A DNA stretch of 64,000 bases from Azolla caroliniana (Eukaryota; Plantae; Polypodiophyta): NCBI GenBank assembly GCA_043228905.1, contig JBHGNT010000009.1:11966001-12030000 (forward strand), written 5' to 3'. Position 1 is the stretch's first letter; each line of letters opens with the position of its first letter. The notes below the pieces were generated by a model. That model searched no databases. It saw only the letters and a program-made list of their open reading frames with translations, and was not told the origin of the DNA. A program made the translations under genes and the position numbers. This document shows, one piece after another, positions 49,085 to 59,922 of this stretch.

Positions 49085-52000
49085 GTTTCCTTGTGGGCCG
49101 TAATTTCGGCATCCAACTTGTCTTGGATTGTTTTCATGCCCTTCCTTGCCATTGCTCGAATGTCCTCTCCCGATCTGATGATTGTCAGAGATTGGAGCGG
49201 AGTCGCTCTATCTCCATTTTTGTGAGTTCCGCCTCTTTTGCCGTTATCGCCGTTTGAGCTTCAACCTTCTCATTGAGTCTTTGTATTTCGGGTGTTCGAG
49301 AGGCTGCGGTGCTGGTTGAGGCTATGGCTTCTTGTAGGCGGTGCTTGAAGTCGATGATCTTCTTCTAGGCCTCTTTGAATTGTTGTTTGGCGAGTTTTTC
49401 GGCCTTCTTCACGGGCTTGTTTTTATAGACCATATCTTTCACCCAACCGTACCGTGGTGAGCTCCATGTGCACGTCGACTAAGACGGTGTTCAATGCGGA
49501 AGCTTGATTCCCATATGGCCTTTTTCCACGTTCCTCATACGGCCGAATTTGCTCAAAGGGCACTCATCTTCTCCTTCCGCTAGTCCTGCCCGAGCTTGCT
49601 CGATCATCTGTCTTTCCGCATGTTCCTCTCTACCATGCGTTGCTAGACCTTGATTTGTTGCAGAGCCAAGAAATCCATGATTTCAAGTGATGTGCCGAAT
49701 TGTAATAAAGCAGCGAACTCATGGGCTACGACTAGCATATCTGAGTAGACCATCACGACATTATCTGGTGTGAGAATGCCTTTTCGTCTCTTTGTATTCC
49801 CAGCGTTTGGGTTGAGGATTGCTCGGCCATTCGTCTATTTCATGGTCTGTGATGTGTTTCTTGTTCCGTGTGATGACGGACTCCGGGGTGTGATTGCTTC
49901 CTTCCTCCTCCCATTCCATGGTTGTGAGGTGTTCGAGACGCCGCTTCTGCTGATGCAGAGCTAGTGATGGTCGGGACAAGGCTGGAGTTGGTATTGTCGG
50001 TGAGGGGAACACTATTGTCAATATATTGTTGGATGATTGGGCGGAGCTTCTTACCGGCTTGGAAGGCATGGATTCCTTCGCACAACGATGGCCCTATGAT
50101 GATGCCCCAATTGACGGTGTGTCCCTCAAAGGTTGATATGATGATGTTGGCCTTCTGTTTGGGCATCCCATAAGCATTGGGGTGCACGCAACCCACCTCT
50201 AGTAGGAACTTGGAGATCTCACGGAACAAAGGATCGGGGGCATCCCTTGTCCTATACACCTTGGTAGAGAGTGAGTATTTGCCAAAATACCATTCGAGGA
50301 CCTTGGTGGGAGGGATCTCGAAGTGGCGTTCCACTATGGCGGTCAAGTCCAACTTTTTTGCGGATTGTGGCATTCGTGATCATACCCACATTGATCTGCG
50401 TCCCCATGTTATGGGAGTTGGGTCGGGGCGGTGCTTCCGCTACTCGGATGTATCTGACAAAGCCGTGGTCATGGAGCCACCATTGCAGAGCAGGTGAGAT
50501 ATTGATCGACATGGTAGTCTTGGCATCGATTGTTGTAGAAAGGTTGTCGGTGTGGTGTAAAGAGCTTGGAGGGCGTTTGGTTAGAGAAATGGCTTGAATT
50601 ACCTTTTTGTGAGATGGGCACACTAGTGTTCAAGATTCTTTGACCAATGTTCTCCACGCGTGTGATTAGAACGGGTACTTGCTTTCTTGGGATGTGCGCC
50701 TACATAGAAGATCTTAAATATATAGTTTTGACTACCTTTTCTTTTTCCTTTTATTGTTTTTTTCTTTTTTCTCAATTTGATACCTAATGGTAATGGATGT
50801 TAATATATTACATTAATATTACATTATTACACAATGGGGTTCGTATTAATGAGGGGTGGGTCCCCCGCCCGAGATTGATTTGGCAAGGACTAGGCTGGCA
50901 TTTTCGCCCGTTAACTTCGCGGCGTTTCTGAATGGATTTGAGGGTGTGGGGCCTATGTAGAGTTTGAGTCAAAAGCCATTAACCTTTTGTTGTAAAATTT
51001 CCCCGGTGAGAGTACGAGGATCAAAGGTGCCGTTTTCGGCTCCGACAATCCAATACGGCCCCATCCATCGGAATTGAAGCTTGCCCGACTTTTTTCCCAT
51101 GTATGTTTGGAACCTGAGTACGGTGTCGTAGTGTATTCCGTACATTATGTGAAAAACGTATGGAGTACTTGATTGAATAAGTATGACGAAGAAGAAGAAA
51201 ATAGGAAAATGCATGTTACATGCATAGGGCAAGTTTCAAACCTTGTATCTCCATTATACTAACACATCATGGATGATATAATATAGATTTAATATGTAAA
51301 GAGTTATGCTTACGCATATTTTCTAGGGAAACAAAGCGCTACTCATTCACATCCAGTGTGTATACAAGCTTTAGTTAGAAGAAAACGCATGATAAAAAAA
51401 ACGCATGCTAGAAAAACCAAAGCTAGAAAAAAAAGCATGAAGTCCATTGTTAGAAAAGGCATGCAGACTATAGTTAGAAAATACATGGATTGCTATGCGC
51501 TAAGCCTCTCCCATCACTATATAAGGGTGGGGAGCACAATGTAATAGAGAGAGAAAATTATGGGGTGATTATTTGGGATTAAATATTGATTAATATAATA
51601 CTCATGGGATTCATGAGGTTTTCGATCTCTCTTTTCAAATCTATTCCAATCTATTATTAGGGTTCTCAGGGTTGATTAATATAATACATTATACTTGTGG
51701 TATTCACGAGTTTTCTATCTCTCTTTCTTGCAATCTATTCATAACTAGACTCGTCTCAAGTTCTTCTCCACCTAGTCCAAAACCCTAGTGGTTCCCACCC
51801 GACTCACGCAATGATTCGGCGCCAAAAGGCACGACACATTGGGTGAACCCGATATGAAGACGGGGCTGCAAGGAGATGGAGAATCCACAAGAGGCAATGA
51901 ACATGATGATGAAGTTCAAGCGGATGTTGCAAGAACAATGCATGATGTCGGAGATTGCGGTGGTAGTAAAGCGGCTCGTGCAACGGAACGAGCAATTCAA

Positions 52001-52640
52001 CGGAAAGAATGTGTCATGCTATCTACGTGATGACAAGGTGAAGATGATGCGATGTGGGATACCCTATCGGGATCGAACTCGAAGATGATGATAGTGCAAA
52101 TGGTTCTATCAGTTGCATAAGCGCGTTGTCGATCGCCATGTCTGACGCATCCATGAACACGTGGAATGGCCACGTCCAATCCGGTGGTTGTACGGCCGGT
52201 GTCGGTGTTAGCATGGCCTTTAAGGCCATGTAAGTCTTATCTTCCGACTCGGTCCAACTGAATGGTGTTCAATGTACTGCCGCATGGAGAGGTCTCGCAA
52301 AGTTGGCCTGGTAGCGCAGCATTTGACTATGCCAACGGATCTAGTCCAAGAAGCGACTTAGGGCCTTGGCATTCTTTGGGGTCAGTGCCTCGATGATGGC
52401 CTTGATCTTCCATGGATCAACCTCAATGCCTTCACGGCTTATTATATGTCTGAGGAGGGTCCCACTTCTCACGCCAAATGCACATTTTGCTGGATTGAGG
52501 CTAAGTCGTGTTGAGTGGCATCGCTCCAAGCATAACCGCAGGTGTCATAGATGTTCGTGGCACGCACCGTACACCGCGAAATTGACAAGGAAGACCTATA
52601 TAAAGACAGGTATGTATTCATTGAATATTTCTGTGATGAT
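49085..52640 (-). mobile_element. Athila-like gypsy F, internal part: RT/RH fragment (52066-52640), INT C-terminus (~50900-51123), extra ORF (~50650-49085)
   Basis: LNPAKCAFG, PPDWTWPFHVFMDASD and GKLQFRWMGPY motifs. Confidence 0.8.
51124..52065 (+). mobile_element. Truncated Phygy-like insertion: 5' LTR (51124-51836), degenerate tRNA-Trp PBS, N-terminus of gag
   Basis: TGTCGTAG...CACGACA, then TGGGTGAACCCGATATGAA. MENPQE...QFNGKNVS resembles the H gag motif QFDGRNV. Confidence 0.85.
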
Positions 52641-52646
52641 GCGCTT

Positions 52647-55600
52647 TGTAAAGAAAATGGAGCAAGTGGCGTAATGCAGCAGAAGATAGTTGAGTGTGTG
52701 TGTGTGTACGTAAGGCAAATGAGAGAGAGAGAGAGAGAGTAAGAGGGAGCTTAAGACAGAGATAAGTATGTATTACATCCAACAATAACAAAGTTACAAT
52801 GGGTTGGTTTAAATACCAACTAAGTTAGGGCAAGTGCCCTTTCTACTATTTACAAAACTAGCATGGTGTGTCCATGAGCTAGTGTGAAACCTGTTAGTAA
52901 GGGAAGTTGAGTTCGACTCTATCGAAGGGTTGTTCGGTTCTTACTTCGACTCGTCTCTTCGGCTTTGATCAACTGTGTATTACGTACGTACTTTCATATC
53001 GTGCGTACGTTGTTCGGTTCACTTGTTTTGTACTCCTCCTCAAGCTCGGCTAGTCGGGAAGAGATAGGCCAAGGTTCGACACAAACTACCGAAGCTTTTC
53101 AATACCAAGGGCTTTCATGAAAATGTCGGCTACCTGTAGGTGCGTACTGAGATGTTGTAAATCGATATCTCCGGCCTCTACGCGCTCGCGGATGAAATCA
53201 TAGTGCACTTCGATGTGCTTAGTCCACCAATGGAATACGGGGTTCCACGCCAGGTAGATACTGCTGATGTTGTTGCAGTATAGACGAATTGGATCTTTGA
53301 TGAGTACGCCCAACTCCTTCAGTATACGCTTGAGCCATACGGCTTCGCATGCGGCGACTGCCGCACCCCTGCATTCGGATTCCGTGCTCGACAGTGTGAC
53401 GGTCGGCTGCTTCTTACTGCTCCAAGAGATCGCTCCACTACCAAGAGAGAAGATGAATCCGGATGTGGATCGTCTATCTACTTTGTATCCTGCCGAGTCT
53501 GCGTCTGTGTACCCTTCGAGTCGAATGATCGTATTTGACTTATACATGATGTCGTAGTTCATCGTCGTGCCAACATACCGAAGTATCCGCTTAGTGCAAT
53601 CCCGATGAAGATTTTGTGGATGTTTCATAAATTGAGTAAGTAGGCCGACCGAATAGTTGAGGTCGAGTCTCGTGATGGTTAGATAAATTAAGCTACCGAT
53701 CAGTTCACGATATTGAGTCGACTCACTCTCGGTCGTGCCGGAGTTAACATCAATCTTGAAGTTACGATCGAGAGGGGTAAACACAGGTTTGCACTCCGTC
53801 ATTCCGAACTTGTAGAGTAAGTTGAGAACGTAGTGCCATTGTGATATCATTAGTCCGACTAGTGTTCGAATTACTTCAATGCCTAGGAAGTAATGGATCT
53901 TGTGCAGGTCTTTCATTTCGAATCTGCCGGAAATAAGTGATTTAACCTTGTTAATCTTGGCTAGATCTTTTCCTCCGATGACCAAATCATCCATGTAAAG
54001 GATGATGACAATCGGGCTATCTGACTTGTTTCGGATGTACAGAGAAGTATCGGATCTTGACATTCGAAATCCGATCTGATGAAGATACTGTCTCATCTTC
54101 AAGTGCCACGCACGTGGTGCTTGTTTGAGGCCGTAAAATGGTTTCTTAAATTGACATAGGGTGTGCGGATAGTTACACAATTCAAATCCTGGTGGTTGAA
54201 CCATATACACGTCCTCTTCCAATTCTCCCTGGAGGAAGGCGTTTTTCACATCCATCTGGTGGAGGTGCCACCCTTTCACCGCTACCAGGGCAATTACGGT
54301 CCGTAAAGTGGTCATCTTTGCCACTGGGGCAAAGGTCTCTTCGTAGTCTACACCATCAATTTGTGCATATCCTTTTGCAACAAGACGTGCTTTGAGGTGA
54401 TTTACAAAGCCATTGGGATTGTGCTTCACCTTATAAATCCATCTGCAACCAATAGTTTTCTTGTTCGGCGGGTGAGGAACGAGATCCCATGTCTCGTTTT
54501 TGCATAACGCTTCCATTTCCTCATGCATCACGTTGACCCATTACGGATCCTTTACGGCTTCGAAAAGGGTTTATGACTCCCGTACTGACGCTACCTTCAT
54601 CATAAAGGCGTAATGGTACGCCATGTACTCATTGTAGCCATAACGGCTTACAAGGTTCTTCTCTCGGGTGGACCGGCGTAGCTTTTCGTTCGCGGATACT
54701 AAGGTTTTCTTCACTCCATTTGTCCAGATGTCGAGGCCTTCGACCTCACTATCCAGGAAGTAAGTCGATTCGTTGCCATCGAAGTGATCGTCTTCATACT
54801 CCGCCATTTTCACCTTCCCTTTGTCCAGCTTCGGACTTGGCCGAGATGTGCTTTGATCACTCGGTGGTTCTTGTGGCCCACTTAATCGGGTCGTGATTGG
54901 ACTTTCGTCGAACATGCGTGTAACTCGATCTTCGGCTTTTGCCTCTATTTCGGCCTTTTCCGGGTTGAGCGGAGCCGGAATCGAAGTTGCCTCTGGTGCA
55001 TACCACGATGTGTACTCGTCGAAAATGACATCTCAACTTGTTCGAACTTTTCGGGAAGATGGATTGTAGCATTTGTACCCCTTCTGTTTGAGCGAGTAAC
55101 CCCTTTTGTCCTACTTCGGGTCAAGCTTTTGTCACGTATCATTAGGAATATGCACATAAGCGATTGAGCCGAAAATATGAACATGTGATAAGTCCGACTT
55201 CTTACCAAGAAACTTCTCATGGTGGGTTGCGTTGTGTACTCCCAAGGTTGTGCACCTATTCATGAGTTATACGACCGTGTTCGCCGCTTCTGCCCAATAT
55301 GATTTCGGCAGGTTCTTCTCGTTCATCATTGTCCGTGCTACCTCTACTATGTGCCGGTTCTTCCGCTCAGCTACGTGGTTTTGTTGAGGTGTGTGACGGC
55401 ATGAAAATTCTCATCGGATTCCTTCCTTTCGGAGATACGCCGTAAACTCATTTGAAAAATATTCTTTGCCTCCATCTGATCGAAGGCAGTGTATGTGCCG
55501 ACCCGTAGTTTTTTCGACTTCGGCTTTGAATCTCTGGAAGTATCCAAACACTTCTCTGATTTGTTTCATCAGGTAGATCTAGGTGTTCTTGGAGAAGTCG

Positions 55601-57302
55601 TCAATGAATGTAACGTAATATCAAGACCGCCAATTGTGGTTATCTGGGTCGGTCCCCATACATCTGAATGTACGACATTCAGGATCCCTTTGCTCACATT
55701 CCGTTCTTTCGGGAATGGTTATCGGCGTTGCTTTCCGAATTGGCACGCTTCACGTACGCCCGCAATCTCCTTCGTGGTAAAGTTCGGAAGTCCGATTATG
55801 ACTCCTCTCTATTGCATGTTCTGAAGCTCTTGGAGATTGATGTGACCAATTCTCTTGTGCCACAAGTTTAGGTCGGTTTCGACTTTGAGGCCCATTGCAA
55901 ACATGGTCGATTTTACCTCCTTCGATTCGAGGAAAAACATACGGCCTTCACGACGTCCATGAGCTACGACTCAATTGCCTCTTTCGATAAAGCACCCATC
56001 ATTGTTGAATCGTACTTGCATTCCTTGTTCAACAATCTGGCCGACCGAGACCAAGTTTTTCGTGATTGAAGGAACATGCAATACATTCTTGAGGTAGGTT
56101 TGTTTGCCGTCGTTTCTAAATGGGACATTCCCGATATGTGTATTGGATGGGTCATGTCATCGCCTATCTCAACATATCTGGGACGTTCGGGTTTTTGTAA
56201 TTCCCGAAACCAATCTTCATGAGACGTCATGTGGTTGGATGCTCCCGAGTCAACAAACCATACATTCTCTGAGGGTGTGGTTCTTGTTTCACCTTGAGTC
56301 GCCATTCAGTGCCCTTTGTGCCTCATCATGAACATTCCGCTACGATCGTCGTAGTCGGAATTCGATGCGGAATTCGTGAACATTCCATTACGATTGTCGT
56401 AGTCGGAATTTGATGCATAATTCATAAACATTCGACCAATCGAAGCAAAGTCTCGCTTCTTCTTTCGGCACTCCTCTTCGTAGTGTCCGAGTTTTCCTCA
56501 GTATACGCATTCGATTGGGTTATTGTGATTGCTTGGTCCGGCGTGATGACTCCCCCTTCTACCAAACTCTCTAGAGTTGTTCCTGTTCGCTTGCCATTGG
56601 TGGGAGTTACACTCTTGGATCCGCCAACCGTGGCGGCCTTGTCCGAATGGACCTCTATTTCCACGACCGAAATTTCTTCTATCATCCGATTGGGAGTAGA
56701 TCATCTAACCCTCTAGTGCATTGCTCCTTTGTCGAGCGTGATTTTCCTCGACCAACAACATTGACTAGAGATCGAAAAAGGTGGGAGGATTCTCTCTTGT
56801 GAGGATGGCGAACCTTATTGTGCTGAATCAAGGTGCCAAGCCTCCGAGGCATATCTGCACCATTTCTTCGTCTTCAATGCCAACATTGATCGACCCGAGG
56901 GCATCACACAGCTCCTTGATCTTCAAGGTGTAGCTGCCAATTGACATGTCCCTTTGTTGAATGCCATTCAACTCTCGACAAAGCTGGAGTTTGCGGGTAG
57001 CTGTATTCGCTGTGAAGATCTTCTTGAGATTGTCCCATGCTTCTTTTGGCATTTTTGCCTCTCTAATATAGCCAAGCATGTGATCATGTACGCATGATGC
57101 AAGGCAATACAACACACAGCTTGCAGCCTGCTCCCACGTTGGGTAGTCTGTGTGTGTCAGGTTGGGTTGCGTTTCGTGAGCTCCTTCAATATAGCTCCAG
57201 TATTCTTGTCCGACAAGGTACTGATGCATCTTGGGAGTCCTGTCGAGCTTCTCCGTAGGAAGAGTGCTTCCCATCTGAGTATTCATGGTGATTTCTTCTC
57301 TA
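52647..57302 (-). mobile_element. Ty1/copia K: partial 3' LTR (~52647-52910), pol and gag; 5' end interrupted by a Tcn1-like insertion
   Basis: Gag MNTQMGSTLP (from 57286), WFVDSGASNHM, 481-aa RT-RH ORF. Confidence 0.9.
53086..54531 (-). pseudogene. pol: Copia RT-RNase H, still open for 481 aa
   Basis: KARLVAKGY, QMDVKNAFL, LYMDDL, YTDAD and KHIEVHY motifs. Confidence 0.93.
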
Positions 57303-57310
57303 TGTCATGA

Positions 57311-57378
57311 TATGGCAAGACTCGAACCCATGACCTTAAGTTACATAAGTCGAGCTCTTGACCATTATACCATCTATT
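57311..57378 (-). other. tRNA-like A/B-box cassette in this family A LTR
   Basis: Minus strand reads TGGTATAATGG...GGTTCGAGTC. Confidence 0.7.
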
Positions 57379-57607
57379 GTAATACGTAGGATATTATTTT
57401 CATTTAAGTTTTATTATAGAAAATTGATGTATATTCCAGATTTCTCTGGAACATTCTAGAAACTTCAAGAGTACTCCTAAGAATACTATAAAAGGAGGCA
57501 CTAGGCATTATTTCAAACCAAATCGGTTCAATGCCAGTCTTAAGCCTCGTAGCTACTATTGTATACTCTCTTCACATAATATATATCTTTTATCATCATT
57601 CTGCCAC

Positions 57608-57665
<58 letters not shown>

Positions 57666-57769
57666 CTCGCTCACTCTTTCCGTCTCTCGAGGGTTCTACA
57701 CCTCTCTTAGTACTAATCCTCATCCTTTAGTACTAATTCCTTCTTTGTCTTAGTACTAATCCTGACAGT

Positions 57770-57781
57770 TTGAACCGATTT
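57770..57781 (+). promoter_or_regulatory. Self-priming (Tf1-type) PBS
   Basis: TTGAACCGATTT is the exact complement of AAATCGGTTCAA (57520-57531), which lies ~33 nt after the TATA box; no TGG-type tRNA PBS is present. Confidence 0.8.
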
Positions 57782-59922
57782 CCGTCCTCCTTCCGTCTCC
57801 TCCTTTCCTCCTCTTCCTTTTATCTTCTTACATATCCCCTTTTTCTGGTCTTCCCTTCGGTTTCCCTCATCTTCTTACCCCTTTCTTCCCTTCATACTAA
57901 TCCTCTTATCCTCCCTAGTAAAATGGAAACTGTTAGTGCTCAAGAATACCAATCTGTTTTCTTGGAGCTCTAGTGCTTAAAGGAGAAATTTGCAGCACTA
58001 GAACAAGAAAATCACCGTTTGTTGGGGGATCTTCAACAAATAGCGTTGGAAAAACAACAACACAGGGAGCTGACGTTATGTGTACAACAACTTGAAGCGA
58101 TTATTGTATGATTACAACAACAAGGATCAAGCACTCAAGGGATTCACAAAGAAGCCAATATCGGTTTTCCTGCAGAATTTGATGGGACCCGATCACAGTT
58201 TAGAGGTTTTTTGAACCAGGTACATTTAGTGATTCAAATGCATCCTTCTCGATATCACACCGATGCATCACGAGTCGGACTAGTAGGCACCCTACTTAGT
58301 GGCTCAATGTTGGCATGGTTCGCTCCATTGTTAGAAAAGGAATCTCCATTACTAAACAATTTTGAAGAATTTATAAGTGAGTTTAAAGCCTGTTTTGGAG
58401 ATACTAACAGCATAAGAACTACAATCAACAAAATCCGGCGATTACGCCAAGGTGATCGTCCAGCCTCCGCATACGTTGTAGATTTCCGCCTACTCGCCGT
58501 TGATATCCCTTGGGATGATCAAACATTGATGTCACAATTTCGTTATGGTTTACGCAAAGATGTCAAGGATTTAATCTTGACCTTCCCCGAAGAACCAAAG
58601 TCATTAATAGAAGCAATCAGTCGCGCGGTGAGATGCAACAACCGTCTTTTCGAACGACGTTCGGAACGGCAATTCTAGATGCCAAGGGCAAGACCAAAGT
58701 CCACGTACGCCTTAGTGGTAGCAAAACCTTTTCCGAGGGAGTCATATAATGCATCCCCAACAAATACTTCGACTCCAATGGAAATCGACACCACACGTCG
58801 TCGCGGACCACTATCGGAAGAAGAAAAGTACTGACGCAGGGAAAATCGACTATGTTTGTATTGCGGGGGACCGGGACATATTGCAGTGAACTATCCCCAT
58901 CGGCCAAAAAGGCAGGTAAATCAAATAACCACAAGTACTAATAGTACTAAACCCGGGTCTATTTCTCTAGGTGTGTCCGATAGTCCTAATAGCCCGAGCC
59001 TTTCAAACAAATTTGAAAATCCTTAGTCAACTAGAAGAAGAATTAAACGATTAAGTCCAACCAAAATACGACCCGTTTGGTTGGACAACCATAGATCTGT
59101 GCAACCCATTAGTGGTTCCATTTCTTCTAAGCAAGTTAGCAATGTGTTCTTAGCTCAAGTAATGGTTAGTACTAAAAGTACTCCTCCAGTACATGTCTAA
59201 GCACTCTTAGATTCCGAAGCCAACTCTTGCTTCATGGATAGGAATTTTACCCAAGCTCTCGGATATCCCTAAGAAAAACCTTGTGTCCAGCCTCTGTAGT
59301 AGTCATTGATGGTCGTCCCATCGCTTCTGAAAATATCATAGAAGAGTCAAAGCCCATTAATATTGTCCTAGATAACTTAGTGTGTGTAATAGCATTTAAT
59401 ATAATTAGTATCCTAGAACATCCCATTGTTTTGGGATTACCATGGTTTGAATTACATAACCGAGACATAGATTGGAGAACAAGAGAAATCCGGTGTTGAC
59501 AAACCCGAGGATCTACTCATAAGATTGCAACCATTTTGCTACATCAATTGTGTGAGGAAGGACGCAAGGAAGAAATGTTTCTCTTCGCAATATCAATAAA
59601 ACCCTCCAACACCACTAAAGAGGAGTCCACCGTTCAACTTCCAAAGAAGTATCGTCATTATACCGTTGTGTTCGATAAAGTACAAGCCAGTAATCTTCCT
59701 CACCATCGACCATATGATTGCCCCATCGATTTGCAACCGGGAAAAGAGCCGCCATGGGGACCGATCTACAATTTCTCACTAACCGAGCTGGAAGTCCTTT
59801 GAGCCTATATAGAGGAGAATTTGGCAAATGGTTTCATTCGGCATTCGAAATCTCCAACCGGCGCACCCATTTTCTTCGTCAAGAAAAAAGATGGATCACT
59901 TCGTCTCATTGTGGATTACCGT

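Larger units (their letters stand above)
57303..59922 (+). mobile_element. Tcn1-like family A copy (diverged): 5' LTR (57303-57767), self-priming PBS, gag (57923-59054), PR and start of RT
   Basis: Homologous to 8292-10820; interrupted at 59923. Confidence 0.92.

Noticed and set aside
53086-54531. Active or domesticated RT gene
   Set aside because: Upstream INT and gag are disrupted and conserved residues are altered; it is a surviving piece of a dead element.
56328-56432. ~48-bp tandem duplication in copia K gag; also a 13-bp templated insert at 27840 and an 18-bp repeat at 4987/5039
   Set aside because: Small repair or slippage scars with no sign of function.
57612-57662. (CT)n, (GA)n and (GT)n microsatellites (also ~1825, 8561, 35400)
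   Set aside because: Ordinary variable tracts inside LTRs.
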